DNA of 64,000 nt from the human T2T-CHM13v2.0 reference genome, Homo sapiens: assembly GCF_009914755.1 (NCBI RefSeq), contig NC_060929.1; one strand, given 5' to 3'. This document shows positions 16,701-39,719 of the stretch, piece by piece. Made by a program: the position numbers and the translations under genes. Positions within the stretch are counted from its first letter, which is position 1, and each line of letters begins with the position of its first letter. The notes beneath the pieces were generated by a model. That model searched no databases and was not told the DNA's origin. It saw only the letters and a program-made list of their open reading frames with translations.

Positions 16701-18885
16701 ATTAAAACCACGATAAGAGACCATGACATGTCCACCAGAATGGCGAATATTAAAAAGACCACCAACCTCAAATATTGGCAAGAATGTAGAGCAAACAAAA
16801 CTCTCATTCATTTTTGCTAGGAAAATGGTACCCCTATCCTATTACCCAACAATTCTACTACTAAGTGTTTACCCAAGAGAAATGAAAACATATATCCAGA
16901 AAAAGACTTGGACAAGAATGTTGATTGCATCTTTATTAATAAGAGCCCTGGACTGGAAATAACCCAGGTGTCCAACAATAGAAGAATAGACAAACATCTT
17001 TATAAAATGAATTACCACTTATCACTAAGAAAAATCAAACTACTGATATAATCAACAGTATGGATGAACTAAAAAAATTATACTGGGTGAAATAAGCCTT
17101 ACACAAAAAAGAATATACTGAACAAGTCTATTTATATGAAGTTCTAGAATAGGCAAAACTAATCTATAGTGGAAAAAAACTTCCTCTACTCTTGGGAGTT
17201 TGGGAAAATTCATGGAGGAATATCCTTGCATAGTGATAATGTTTTATCTTGATATAGGTTTGGGATATATGGTCATATGTAGCTGTCAAAACCTAGAAAA
17301 TGAACAATTAAGATTTATGCATTTCATTATATGTAAAATTTACATTAAAAAATTAACTGTAAACAAATATTGAATTCTATTTAATGATATGTATGCTGAA
17401 AAATTTAGAAGAAAGTGATTGAAGAACTCTGTTTTGAAATGTATCAAAAAGGTAAGATGGATTGATGAATGGGTAGAAATATAATAAAACAAGCACAGTT
17501 AAATGTTAATGGTACAAGAACTGGTGCTGAGACAACTGGATACTCACATGCAAAAAAAATGAACTTGCACCCTTACCTCGCTTGTTATACAAAAATTAAC
17601 TCAAAATGTATCAATCACCTAAATATAAGAACTAAAACTATAAAACTCTTAGGAAAAAACAGGGGTAAATCTTCATGACCTCAGATTTAGCAATGGATTT
17701 CTAGATATAAAACCAAAAGTACAAATAACAGCAACACAAATAGGTAAATTGGGCTTCATCAAAATTTAAAACTTTTGTGCATCAAAAGGCATTAAAAAGA
17801 AAGTAAAAAGACAACATACAGAATGGGAAATAACATTTACAAATTGTATATCTGAAAAGGGTCTCACATCCAGAATATAGAAAGAGCTCTTACAACTCAA
17901 CAACAAAATGACAAACAACCCAATTTAAAAATGGGCAAAGGACTTGAATAAACGTTTTTCCAAGGAAAATATATAAATGGCCAACAAGCACATGAAAAGA
18001 TGCTCAACATCATTAGTGAAACACAAATCAAAACCACAATAAGATATCACTTTGCGCCCACTAAGATGGCTATAACCAAGAAAGACAGACAATAACAAGT
18101 GTTGGTGAGGATGTGAAGAAATAGGAACCCTTGTACATTGGTAGTGGGAATGTTCAGCTGCTGTGGAAAACAGTTGGTGGTTCCTTAGAAAGTTAAACAT
18201 AGAATTACCATATGCCCCCACAATTCATTTGTACTCAAAAAAAGTAAAAACAGGTACTCATACGAATATTTGTACATAGCAGCATTATTCAAAATAGCCT
18301 AAATGTGGTCTATACATGGTCATAGCAGCATTATTCACAATAGCTCAAATGTATTGTTCAGTCATAAAAAGGAATTAAATACTGATACATGCAACAAGGT
18401 GGATGAATCTTGAAAACATTATGCTAAGTAAAAGAAGCCAGACACAAAAGGTCGCATATTATATGACTCCATTCATATAAAATATCCAAAAGAGGTTAAT
18501 CCATAAAAACAGAAAGGAGATCAGTAGTTGCCAGGGACTAGGGGGAGGGAAGAATGGGATTAACTGCATAATAGTTATAGAGTTTTATTTTGAGATGATG
18601 AAAACATTTTAGAACTAGATAGAGATAGTGGTTGTACAATATTGTGAATGACTACTTGTGAATGTCACTTTATTGTTCACTTTAAAATGATTACTTTTAC
18701 ATTATGTAAATTTCAACTCAATTTTAAAAATTTAAAAATGGAACAAGGGAGAGGATTTAGAAGGTTCTAAATGCTAAAAGAAGTTAATGATAGAATTCAG
18801 GTAGTGCGTATACAGGTGTTCACTGAAATCTTTCAATTTTGCTGTATGTTTGAAATTTTTTATGATGAAAGTTCAGGGGGAAAAA
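13720..18885 (+). mobile_element. Old L1M (L1MC/ME-like) ORF2 and 3'UTR remnant, interrupted by an L1MB
   Basis: Degenerate endonuclease-RT-C-terminal L1 sequence; 3'UTR breaks at about 17514 and resumes at about 18781; ORF 16723-16962 is L1 ORF2 C-terminus-like (LLSVYPREMKTY). Confidence 0.8.
17515..18740 (+). mobile_element. 5'-truncated L1MB-type element
   Basis: L1 ORF2 end plus MB-type 3'UTR (gatgaaaacattttagaactagatagagatagtggttgtacaatattgtgaatg); degenerate TSD aatgttaatggta / aagttaatgata. Confidence 0.8.
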
Positions 18886-20300
18886 TGGACAATAACAAGT
18901 ATAGTGCAACTTAAAATAGCAGGAACTCTCAAATGCTGCTAGTGGAGATGGAAATTAATACAACCACTTTGGAAACCTGTTAGTCATTATTCACTGAAGT
19001 TGAATATCTTGATATTTTACAATCCAGCAATCCTTCTTGTAGGTATATATCCAACATAAACGAGTGTACATGAGCACCAAGAGTCTTGTAAAAGAATGTC
19101 CATAACAACTCTACTTATAATATCTAAAAACTTTTGGAAACTCAAATGTTTATCAACAGTAGAATGGATAAGTAAACAGTAGGGTAGTTTATAATCACAC
19201 AGTGGAACCTTATATAACAGCCAAAAATGAACTCACTACAGCAGTACACAACATGGTTGAATCTCCTAAACATAATAGCAAATGAAAGAAGAAAGACTCA
19301 AAAGAACATATATGTAACTCAAAAACAGGCAAAACTAAATTATACAGTAAATATTTTAAAAATTATACAGTAAATATGAATTATTGGGTGGTAAAGGTAA
19401 AAAGAAAAGCAAGGAAATGATTACCATAAAAATCAGGATAGTGGTTACACTTGGGAGAAAGGAGGGGATTATGATTGGGAAACGGGCCTTTCATGTGGGG
19501 GATGCTAGCAATGTTCTATTTCTTTACTGGGATGCCTAAATTTTTGCTTTTTAATAATTAGGCTGTATGTTTATGTTATGTACTTCCTTGCATGTATTTT
19601 GTATTTCACAATTTTTAAAAGTAAAAAATATCTTGCATACACATGGACAAGCATATCAGGAAATGGGATCCCTCATACATTGCTGGTGGGAATATAAACC
19701 AGCAAGCTCTCTCGGGAGAAGGAAGTATTTCCCATGAAATTCAGTAGGCATTCTGCCTACCACCTGGCGGCCCCACTTCTAAATATCTACCCCAGAGAAA
19801 TTCCTCACAGATCTCTGCATAGGCTGTTCTTTGCAACATTTGTTTATTTATTTACTTTTGGTAGTGTGTAGTTGGAGGCAACCTCCGTGTTTCTTAGAAA
19901 AGGAACTAATAAGTAAAATCTGATACATACATATTAAGGAAAGATAGGTAGTCAGAAGCAATGAACTCTAAAAAAAATAGAGTAACATGGATTGGTTTTT
20001 TAATAGTGTTGAGTGGGAAAAAGTAATACAATTATATCTATGCCCTTTATGTAATGTAAAACACATATACAAAGATACGTTTTTCAGACACATACTTATC
20101 CAAGTACAGGCAATGTATATATACCTACATCTATACCTATCCCAAATACTTTAGAGTAGGGGATGGCTATGGGAGGTAGGAAAGTGGAAACAAGGCTCAG
20201 GATGGAGGGACTGAAGGGATAGGAGCCTGAAATGGATGATGATGGTTGTGTGCTGTGAACAGAATTATATAATTAATTCAATTCTCCACTCCTAAGGTTC
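18886..20300 (+). mobile_element. L1ME-type 3' fragments
   Basis: Two degraded ORF2-end/3'UTR segments (caaccactttggaaa...ccagcaatcc; tcatacattgctggtgggaatataaa). Confidence 0.6.
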
Positions 20301-21033
20301 AAAGGAGAAACAAAAGAGTAAAATAATATACTAATATTGTTATTGTTGCTAATCTACAGCACTCTCAGATCAGTGTAGGGGCCCCTTCATATCCTTAAAC
20401 CTTATCAGATTTATTTTTCCGGGCTCCCTTTGCAGGGGCTACTTCTTTATGTGATGCCTGTGCTTTTCCACATATTAAAGAGCTGGTCTCCCCAGCACTG
20501 CATCTTCCTTTGCAAATCCTACAGAATTATTTTGTGGAGTTGTTACAGTACACCAACCAAATAAGCTTCTACAAATATCATCTATGTGTGTGGTTTTGAA
20601 AGGCATACTACTGTTACAGCTATTATATGAATATTAACCTATAAAATACAATGTAATATTTCTAGTAAAAATGTTCACCGCTGCAGCTGAATCTAAAGAT
20701 TCTACCCCAAGAATACAAGTTTAAATAGACACTTAAAAAAGTATTATTTACTTTAAAAATGAATGTAGCATTCTTTGCTTATTAAAAAATAATCCCATAA
20801 ACTACTAGAATATTCTTTATGGATCAGAATCTTTAAATTTACATAGGTCCTATGTAAAAATTATATTCAAACCATAAAATTTCAGATAATATTCTAGAAC
20901 AAATTTGCAACTACACCACTATATGTGGGGGGCGGCGGGGAAAGACCTTATATGGACAAAAAAATGAGAAGCAAGGGTAACTAAGCAGAGACAATGAAAA
21001 ACAGTTTTGAATAAAGCATCTACAAAATTTCAA

Positions 21034-21371
<338 letters not shown>

Positions 21372-23146
21372 TGAGAAAGGCATAGTCTGGGAGCTGAGGA
21401 TACCAACATGAAGTAGGTCCTGCTCTCAGAGATCAAAGTCTAAAAACAATAAATGATGTGTAGTGGTTTTAGTGTCTTTATTCCCCAGACAAAGGGATGT
21501 TTTGACTGTGTTTATAAAATGTGTACAAATTAAGACTCAACAGTTTAAAGATTATATTTTATATTTGTGAACCCAATAGTTATGTTTAAACATTTTGTGG
21601 CACATTAACTGTTCTGGGTAAATACCAAAGACGTTCATGGATCCAGTCATTTTTGAGTTTTTTCTTTTTTTAAGAGTCATGGTTAATTTTAGCTGGACAG
21701 TCTGAATCAGGTCATTTCTATCTTGCTGAGTTCCTCTTACAGTCTCAGCTGGACCCAGCATCCTTCATTTCCTATCCTAAATTGCCCCCCTTATGTTCTA
21801 TGCTTGCTGTGGAGAAGAACTGTAGCTCTTAATTGTCTGTGGCCAGATCCTCCCACTCCATCTTCCCCTTCTGCACAGAACACTCCATGTCACTCTGGGG
21901 AGAAACATGCTATATTTATGCAAAGGGTGGCCGTATGGATGTTTCTCATAAACACCGAGGTTTAGAATGTCAAAAGTCATGTCAGACCTTAAGGTAACAA
22001 CAAAACTTTCTTGGAAATCTATTCCATGATGTTCACTTTGATGTCAGTTACAACTGTGTTGTGCATACGTATATCTCGGTATAGTCACAGCAAAGAAGCA
22101 GGGATGACTAGCACACAGGGCTAATACTAATGACTTTATTTTCTACCACATCCTACCAATTAAGTAGTTCTCATAGTGGTTACCTGAATCACAAAAATTC
22201 TAGGGTCTTCAACTCCATAATGACAGACAGGAAAGGGAACAGTTGGCCTAGCTTCAGCCATTTATCCTGGACTCACAAAAACCATCTTTTTTCATTTGTC
22301 TAGTCTTTCCCAGTCACCAGTATTAATAAACAGCTGCCAGATGACAAGACGAAATTGCCTCTGCCCATGGATTAGAGTATTATGTTATAAGCTCAACAGC
22401 AGAAGTTTAAATTATGAAAGTGAGAACAAATGAAGCCTACTTGCTAAGATTTGCCTACCTAGCTGGTGTAAGACAATCTTAGCTCTACTGAGAAATTTAC
22501 AGTGCATATTGTTTTTCTTTCATCTGCCCTTATAAGAATGGATAGTTCTGCAGTCAAAATTTTTGCCCAAGGATTTTACTGTCACAATGAACTTTGGTCA
22601 TCAAAGTCTGAGCCAAAGAAAATTGAAGGTGATTGGTCTAATCAGTTTCCCATTCCTTGGGAATGCCACTAAAGAATGCTACCCTGTTTTCTTGGCTCAA
22701 TGCAAATAGCCTCATTTATTATGTGTACATCCAAGTTTATGCTCGTCTGAGGAGAATTATATTCAGAATTTAGATTCCAAAAAGCAAGCCCCCTGCAAGT
22801 CTCCTGATGATTAATTAGTCATTTAATTTCAATGTTTACTGAGATCCTACTGTGTGGAGTACTGTGCTAGGTGCCGGGGACCTATATCCCTGTAATATAA
22901 ATATCCTCCTTGATCTCAAGGAGCTTAGAGTGCAATAAAAGAGATAAAAACTACCTATAAATGAAACAAGGACTCTCAGAGATTCATAAGCAAAGTGTTA
23001 AAAAAAAAGTAATGAAAATTATCTGGGGAGAGCAGAGAAGACTCCAGTGAAGATACAGAAGTTAAACTAGAAATAAAAATTCTGAAGTCAAAGACGAGGA
23101 AAAAAAGACATCACCAACAAAGTCAAAGGGGCTTAAGAGTTAAGTA

Positions 23147-23481
23147 CAGTCATGCACCATATTAACAACATTTCAGTCAATGACAAACCACATATATGAT
23201 GTTGATCCTGTAAGATTATAATACCATATTTTTACCGTACCTTTTCTATGTTTAGGTCCACAAATACTTACTATTGGGTTACAATTCCCTATATTATTCA
23301 GAAGAGTCACTTGCTGTACAGGTGTGTAGCCTAGGAGCAATAGGCTGTACCGTGTAGCCTACATGTATAGCAGGCTAAACCATCGAGGTTTATGCAAGTA
23401 CTCTCTATGATGTTCGCACCATGATGAAACCACCAATGCACTTCTCAGAACATACTCCTGTCATTAAGTGATGGATGACTA
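23147..23481. mobile_element. Tigger3a (MER7A), opposite orientation to the element at 1213
   Basis: TA-cagtcatgc...gatgacta-TA termini, about 335 bp, gtagcctaggagcaataggct core. Confidence 0.88.
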
Positions 23482-23828
23482 TAGTTCAGAATTGTATTTT
23501 AAAAGAGAAAAGGCACTGGATGTTGAGTTCCAAGACAGGTTTTAATTCCTGCCTCATCTTTTATTCTCTATGGAAACCTGACTGGTAAGAAAAATGGGAA
23601 TAGGTTTGCTTACATGCAGAGGTGCTATTCAAAAATTTGATATGTGGTATTATGGTATAAGCACTGACCAATCAAAACAAATATTGGCTATAATAATCAG
23701 TACAGACATTTTGGTGCATTCCAAGGGAATACTTACCGACCTTGCCTACATCTTTTTCCCTCCTATCTTTCTGCTTTAGAATTTAGGTTCCATGAGAGCA
23801 ACCACTGTTAACCATTGCGTTCGGAAAA

Positions 23829-24386
23829 TGTGACTGGGATTTATTTTCATTAGGTATGGTAAGACACATAGGCCCAGAAATGGCTGATATGAAGGAACAA
23901 GTTTTTACTCACCAGTCCCTGGAAATAGGAGGGACATGCCCATGCAGATCCACATGGGGAATCCGACCATGTTTGGTCAGGAGGCCGAAGAGGAAGAGAA
24001 GAAAACATGGCCCAGAGCCTTTATTGGGGTTTTCACAAGAAGGAGTGGGTGCAGCAGGGTAGGTATAATGAGCAAGCTAATGATTAGACAGTTTGAATAA
24101 TTTTGACGGACTCTGGGCTGTTGGAGTGCTTCCTAGTTGTTCAGTACCTGGCCCTGGGGTCATTTAGGGCAGAAGAAATATTGGCTTGTTGTGTGAGAGT
24201 TTGATAAAGGAGATGTTTCGGGGAGTGGGCTCTGGATTGGTTGGTTTGTATGTTAAAGATATGCTCACAGTGGAGTCATTTGATCTCTCTAGGAATTAGC
24301 TAGCCCTGGGAGGGTCGGTCTCTCCAGCAGCAAGGCCTCAGCAAGAGCATCAAGAATATAGAAAATAAGAAAATATAATTAATACA
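23829..24386 (-). mobile_element. ERVL solo LTR, MER74-like
   Basis: Reverse strand begins tgtattaattatattttcttattttc; ctctctaggaattagctagccctgggaggg and ctctggattggttggtttg motifs; tttatt polyA signal; left boundary uncertain. Confidence 0.7.
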
Positions 24387-24536
24387 CACTGCTTCCAGCA
24401 TGCCTGGTAAGTGTAAGTGCTCAACAAGTAGGTATTATATAGATGAATAAGTAAATGAGAGATTATTTAAATGTGACTGGAGTATAGAATAGACGAAAAT
24501 ATATATGGGACTAGGACTAAAAATGTATGGGTATTT

Positions 24537-24873
24537 TGGGGGTTTTATATAAACATATGGGGTACAAGTGCAGTTTTTTACCTGCATAGATTGTGTAGAT
24601 GTCAAGTCAGGGCTTTTAGGGTATCCACCACCCAAATAATATACATTGTACCCTTTAAATAATTTCTCATCATTCACCCCCTCCCACTCCTTCATCCTAC
24701 TGAATCTCTCCACTCTCTATTTCCATGATTCCACTCTCTATGTCCATCTATACATATTATTTAGCTCCCACTTATGAGTGAGAACATGCAATATTAATCT
24801 TTTGTGTCTGACCTGTTTCATTTAAGATAATGACCTCCAATTCTACCCATGTCGCTGCAAAAGACATGATTTC
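24537..24873 (-). mobile_element. L1PB4-like 3' end fragment
   Basis: ggggtacaagtgcagttttt...gtcagggcttttagggtatccaccacccaaataatatacattgtaccc. Confidence 0.8.
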
Positions 24874-25260
24874 TTTTCTTTTCTAAATAACTTCCACTTC
24901 CACTTTTATTTTAGATTCAGGAAGTACATGTGCAGGTTTGTTACATGGGTAGTGTGACACTGAGGTTTGGGGTACAAATGATCCTGTCACTCAGGTAGTG
25001 AGCATAATACTAAATGGGTAGCATTTCATTTCACCCCTTGCCTCTCTTCTTCCCTCCCCACTATAGTATTCCCCAGTGTCTATTGTTCCCATCTTTATGT
25101 CCAGGTGTATCCAATGCTTGGCTCCTACTTATAAGTGAGAACATGTGGTATTTGGTTTTCTGTTCCTGCATTAATTCGCTTAGGATGATGGCCACCAGCT
25201 ACATCCATGTTGCTGCAAAGGACATGATTTTGTTCTTTTTTGTGACTGCATAAGATTCCA
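24874..25260 (-). mobile_element. L1PA16-like 3' end fragment inserted into the L1PB4 fragment
   Basis: ttttagattcagg...gtacatgtgcaggtttgttacatgggt...gaggtttggggtacaaatgatcc; TSD aaaagacatgatttc (24859-24873) and aaaagacaggatttc (25261-25275). Confidence 0.85.
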
Positions 25261-25493
25261 AAAAGACAGGATTTCATTCTTTAAAAATGTACATTGAAGT
25301 CAGATGGGAAGGCTTGCATTCCATGCTAAGAAGCTGGTCTTGTAACAAATTTTAAAGTAGTTCTGAATATCCACTATGTGCCCGTAATGAAATCAGGATA
25401 ATTATATTGGCCACTCAAGTAATGACTGGTAAACTAGAGAGGTTTTTGTTTACTTTTTCTCAGAAGTCTTTTTCTATATTATTTCACACCATC

Positions 25494-25846
25494 TGTCTCA
25501 GTGAGTTTGGGCTACTATAACAAATACCATAGATTAGGTGGCTTTAACAACAAGCATTTATTTCTCACAAATCTGCAGGCTGAGAAGTCTAAGATTAAGG
25601 TACCAGCCTGGTAGGGGCTCTCTTCCTGGTTTGCAGGTGGCCATCTTGCTGTATCTTCATGGGAGGAGAGAGAGAGAGATCATCTTTCTGGTATCTCTTT
25701 TTATAAAGGCATTCATCTCATCATGAGGGGCTCCACCCTCATGACCTCATTACCTCCCAAAGACCCCACCTCCAAATGCTATCACACTGGGGATAAGGGT
25801 TTCAGCATCAGAATTTTGGGTAGATATAAGCATTGAATTCATTGCA
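25494..25846 (-). mobile_element. MLT1A-type MaLR solo LTR
   Basis: TG...CA termini, perfect 5-bp TSD ccatc on both sides, catttatttctcaca and ctcccaaagaccccacctccaaat motifs. Confidence 0.92.
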
Positions 25847-25962
25847 CCATCTGCAGACAAAAGTGGAAATTAGCCTTCTATAAATATCAATTCATATTCT
25901 TTGTGCTCTGGAATGTCTTCCCTAATCAAGTTAATCTGCCTTTTTTATATTCTGTTTTGGAT

Positions 25963-26130
25963 CATGCTTCTTAGACTTTAATGTGCGTAAGAGTCACCTG
26001 GCAGATCTTGTTAAAATGTATATTGTGATTCAGTAGGTCTGGGGTGGAGTGGGGCTGATTCTGCCTTTCTAATGAGCTCTCTGGTGATTCCAGTCCTGCT
26101 GGTCTAGGGGGTGTACTTTGAATAGTAAGG
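25963..26130. mobile_element. MER5-family hAT-Charlie element
   Basis: gagtcacctggcagatcttgttaaaatg...gattcagtaggtctgggg...actttgaatag. Confidence 0.8.
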
Positions 26131-26159
26131 TTTCAGAGGGTGAACACTTTTTTATTAAA

Positions 26160-26330
26160 AAGGCAATACAGTACACAAAACTGGTTAAGAGCAAGTCTGG
26201 GTTTGAACCCTGACTGCTGCATGTGGCTGAGGACAAGTTACTTAATCTCTCTAAGCCTCTGTTTCCTGTAAAATGAGGATAACAAATAGTACCAACTTCA
26301 AATGGTTGCTTTAAAAGGCTTAGCACAGTG
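26160..26330. mobile_element. MIR SINE
   Basis: Core gacaagttacttaatctctctaagcctctgtttcctgtaaaatgaggataa. Confidence 0.8.
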
Positions 26331-27085
26331 TTTTATACTAACAGCTAAAAGAAAACACCACAATAGTGACAAGAATGGCAAGAATAGTAACCATGGTAAT
26401 ATTTAGGATAGAAGGATAATCACATAAACTTGGATTATATCCAATGAATATTCCTGACAGCTCAGTGGTCAGGATTCTAAGATGGTACCTAACCACCCTC
26501 CCAACAAATTTATGGCAGTCTGATTAAGATTTTTTCCTCCCAGTGATGGAAACAAGAGTAGGTTCTGTATAGCTGGGCCTTTACATACAGAACAGGCTCA
26601 CAAAATAAAATACAAAGTAAAACATAAGCAATCTTTAAGAATATTACCTAGCTTTCCTCAACCCAGTGAAGGAGAAAAAGGGAAGATAACCAGCTAAGAG
26701 GGAAATGAAGGGTTATGGCATCTCATCACTCCTGATAGAATTCCCAGTACACTGTAAAGCGAGAGGGTGTCAAATGTTACTCTAGCAGCTGGCAGGACCC
26801 CGTGGGATGAGTCTTGCTTTGATAATTCTGCAAACATATCACAGCATATGCAATAGCAGCAGAAGCATGAACCCCAACTGGTCTTGTCTCAAGCTGCCTT
26901 GGGGATATATGGTCACAGAAATATCAGTTTAAGAATTCTAAACTCTTGAAACTTCTCAAGACTGGCTAGACATTTATAAGCTATGCTACCCAGGCCCAAG
27001 TAACGTAATGATCCTTTTAAAACATACTGCTAAGAGCTAATGACATTCTTACATTTCAAACATAGTTTTGTGTCCATTCAAATTG

Positions 27086-27375
27086 CTGGGAGGATCACAT
27101 GATTCTCAGGCAACATGGTGAAACTCCGTCTCTATAAAAAATAACAAAAATTAGTCAGGTGTGGTGGCACATGCCTTTAGTCCCAGGCTCGTAGGGAGGA
27201 TGAGGTGGGAGGATCACCTGAGCCCAGGTAGGTTGAGGCTGCTTTGGGCCATGATCACGCCACTGCACTCCAGCCTGGGTGACAGAGCAAGACCCTGTCA
27301 AAGAAAAGAAAAGAATGTAGGGAGGGAGGGAGGGAGGGAGGAAGGAAGGAAGGAAAGAAGGAAGGAAGGAAAGAA
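27086..27375 (+). mobile_element. 5'-truncated AluJ with (GGAG)/(GGAA)n purine tail
   Basis: Partial left monomer, complete right monomer, GA-rich repeat at 27320-27375. Confidence 0.88.
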
Positions 27376-27739
27376 AAGTCAAACTGCTGTATTCCAACAA
27401 AATTGTATAAAACCTGTTTCACATTTATGGTATACAGGCTTCAACTAATGAAGGTGATATTTTGATGACTAAAAGGAGAATGTCTTGTTTCAAATTGGCA
27501 GAGGAAATGGGAGCCAAAGCCCTGGAAAAAGAAATTTTTCTAAAACCCCTACCAGTACAAAATCTGAGGCTACTGCTATACCAAGGAGAAAATCAATATA
27601 ATTCAGTAGGGGGAAAAGAAATTGAGAAAGTTTACTACCAACCAATTCTCATTAAAGAAAATTCTGTGTATGCACTTCAGGCAGAAGGAAAGTAATCTCA
27701 GGTGGAAAGTCTGACATGCAAAGAAAATTGTAGATATGT

Positions 27740-29070
<1,331 letters not shown>

Positions 29071-29334
29071 GAAAAATGTAGATATGTGATAGACTGAAAA
29101 CAAAACACTGATTCTTATAAAATAAAAATGAAAAGGTTTTGTGGAGCTAAACAAAAATGATAAAGTTCTATTACATAACAATAACATAATAACATATAAG
29201 ACAGAGCATGTAAGCCAGGAGTGGTATGATTAGAATTAAAATGTTCTAAGATTCAACATAGTACTGGAAGTCCTAGCCAGAGCAATCAGACAAGAGAAAT
29301 AAATAAAAGACATCTAAATAGAAAAAAGAAGTCA

Positions 29335-35890
<6,556 letters not shown>

Positions 35891-37896
35891 ATAATGAGTC
35901 AAATTATCTTTCTTCACTGATGATATGATTATATACCTAGAAAACCCTAAAGACTCTATCAAAAGGCTCCTAAAACTGATAAATGACCTCCGGGAAAGTT
36001 TCAGGACACAAAATCAATGTACACAAATCAGTAACATTTCTATACAACAATAGCATTCAAGCTGAGAGCCAAATCAAGAACATAATCTCATTTTACAATA
36101 GCCGCTCCAAAAAAAACACCCCCAAAAAAACAAACCTAGGTACACATCTAGTTAAGGAGGTGAAAGATCTCTATGAGGAGAACTACAAAATGCTGCTGAA
36201 AGAAATCATAGACAACACGAACAAATGAAAAAACATTCTATGCTCATGGATTGGAAGAATCAATATTATTAAAATGGACATAGCCCAAAGCAATCTATAA
36301 ATTCAACACTATTCCTATCAAGCTACCAATGTCATTTTTCACAGAATTAGAAAAAACTTCTGAAATTAAATATCCATAGCAATCCTAAGCAAAAAGAGTG
36401 AAGCAGGAGGCATCACATTACCCAACTTCAAATTATTCTATAAGGCTACAGTAACCAAAACAGCATGGTACTAGTACAAAAACAGACACATAGACCAATG
36501 AAACAGAATAGAAAACCCAGAAATAAAGCTGCACACCTGCAACCATCTGATATTCAAAAAAGTTGACAAAAATAAACAATGGATAAAGGACTGTATTCAG
36601 CAAATGGTGCTGAGATAGCTGGCTAGCCATAACCAGAAGAAAAAAAAAGGACCTCGACATTTCACCATATATAAAAATTAACTCAAGGTGGATTAAAGAT
36701 TGAAATCTAAGACCTCAAACTATAAGAATCCTCAAAGAAAACCCAGGAAATACCATTCTGGACATTGGCCTTGGGAAAGAATTTGTGACTAAATTCTCAA
36801 AAGTAATTGCAGCATAAACAAAAATTGACAAGTGTGATCTCATTAAACTAAATAGTTTCGGCACAGCAAAAAAAATGATCAACAGATTTAATAGACAACT
36901 TACAAAATGGGAGAAAATATTTGCAAACTATTCATCCAACAAAGGTCTAATATCCAGAATCCATAAGTAACTTCAACAATTCAACCAGCAAAAAACCAAA
37001 CATTCCCTTTAAAAGATAGGCAAAAGACATGAACAGACACTTCCCAAAAGAAGACAAAAAAGTGGCCAACAAACATAATGGGAAAATGCTCAACAGAGAA
37101 ATGCAAATCAAATCCATGATGAGATACCATCTGACACTAGTCAAAATGGCTATTGTTAAAAAGCCAAAAATAACAGATGCTGGCAAGCCTGTGGAGAAAA
37201 GAGAATGCTTATACACTGTTGGTGGGAATGTACGAATTAGTTTAATCACTGTGGAATGCAGTTTGGAGATTTCACATAAAACTGAAAACAGAACTGCCAT
37301 TTGACCCAGAAATCCCATTACTGAATTATAACCAAAGACAAATAAATCATTCTACCAAAAAGACACATGTACTCATATGTTCATCACAGCACTACTCATA
37401 ATAGCAAAGACATGGAGTCAATCTAGATGCCCATCAATGTTGGCCTGCATAAAGAAAATATAGTACATGTATACCATGGAATACTATGCAGCCATATAAA
37501 GGAATAAAGTCATGTCCTTACCTAAGCAAATTAATGCAGGAACAGAAAACCAAATACCACAGGTTCTCACTTATAAGTGGGAGCTAAGCATTGGGTAAAC
37601 ATGACATAAAAACGGGAACAATAGACACTGGGGCCTCCTAGAGGAAGGAGAGAGAGAGGGGAGTAAGGGCTGAAAAGTACTAGGCTATTGAGTACTAGGC
37701 TCACTACCTGGGTGACAGGATCATTTGTACCCGAAACCTCAGCATCATGCTATGTACTCACGTAACAATCCTGCACAGTACCCTGTGAATTGAAAATAAA
37801 ATCTGAAATTATAAAATAAAATTTCAGAAAGAAAGAATAAAATAAAATAAAATGTCCTAAGGATTTTGTATGTTTAAGAAGGGGGCAAAAATATTA

Positions 37897-38645
<749 letters not shown>

Positions 38646-39719
38646 TCTCCTAACTAGTAGGGGAAAAATTGAATGAGAAAAAAAATGCAATTGATGCAGG
38701 GGAGGACAAGAAAGACCATAGAAAAGGTAGGGCAAATACAAACCACTAAATAAAATTGTCAAAATAAATCTAAATATATTAGTAATTTAAATAAATATAA
38801 AGACACATAAAAATCAATTATAGTAACAGTGAACATGCGGAAGCTGACATTAAAAACACAGGGCAATTTACAATAACTCCAAGGAAAATGAAATACTTAT
38901 GCATTTACTTAACATGTGCAAGATCTATATGCTACAAATTACAAAATGCTGATTTTGTGAAAGTCAAAGAAGACTTAAATAAATGAAGAGATATATCATG
39001 TTTATGAACTGGAAGACTCAGTTTAGTAATGCTGTCAATTCTCCCCAAATTGGTCTATAGTTTAGTGTAACTCCTATCAAAATCCCAGCAATATTTTTTT
39101 CATAGACCGAGGCAAGCTTATGCTAAAATATATATGAAAAGGCACAGGCCCTGAATAGCTAGAGCAATCTTGATAGAGAAGAAAGACAAAGAAATGGGAG
39201 AAACTACTCTACCCATATTAAGCCTGGCTATATAATTACTGTAATCAAGAGAGTGTGGTGTGGGCAGAGGGGTAGACACATGAATCAACGGAGCAGCACA
39301 GGATACCCAGAAATAGATTCACACAGTCTGCCACACTGACTTGACAAAGGTGCAAAACCAATTTAAAGGAGGAGGAATAACCTTTTCAACAAATGATGCT
39401 GGAACAATTGCATATCCATATGGGGAAAAAAACCCTAGATCTAAATTTCATGCTTTATATAAAAAATGAGCTTAAATTGGATCACAGGCTTAAATGTAAA
39501 ACAAACCTATAAGACTTTCAGCAAAACACATGGAAGAAAGTTGTCAGGATCTGGCGCTAAGCCAGTAGTTGCCAGACTTGACACCAACTGCATGATCCAT
39601 AAAAAGAAAAACTGATGAATTGGACCTCCCTGAAATTAGAAATGTTTGTTCTGTGAAAGCCATATAAAGAGGATGAAAAGGAAAACTACACACTCAGGAG
39701 AAAATATTTGCAAGTCATA

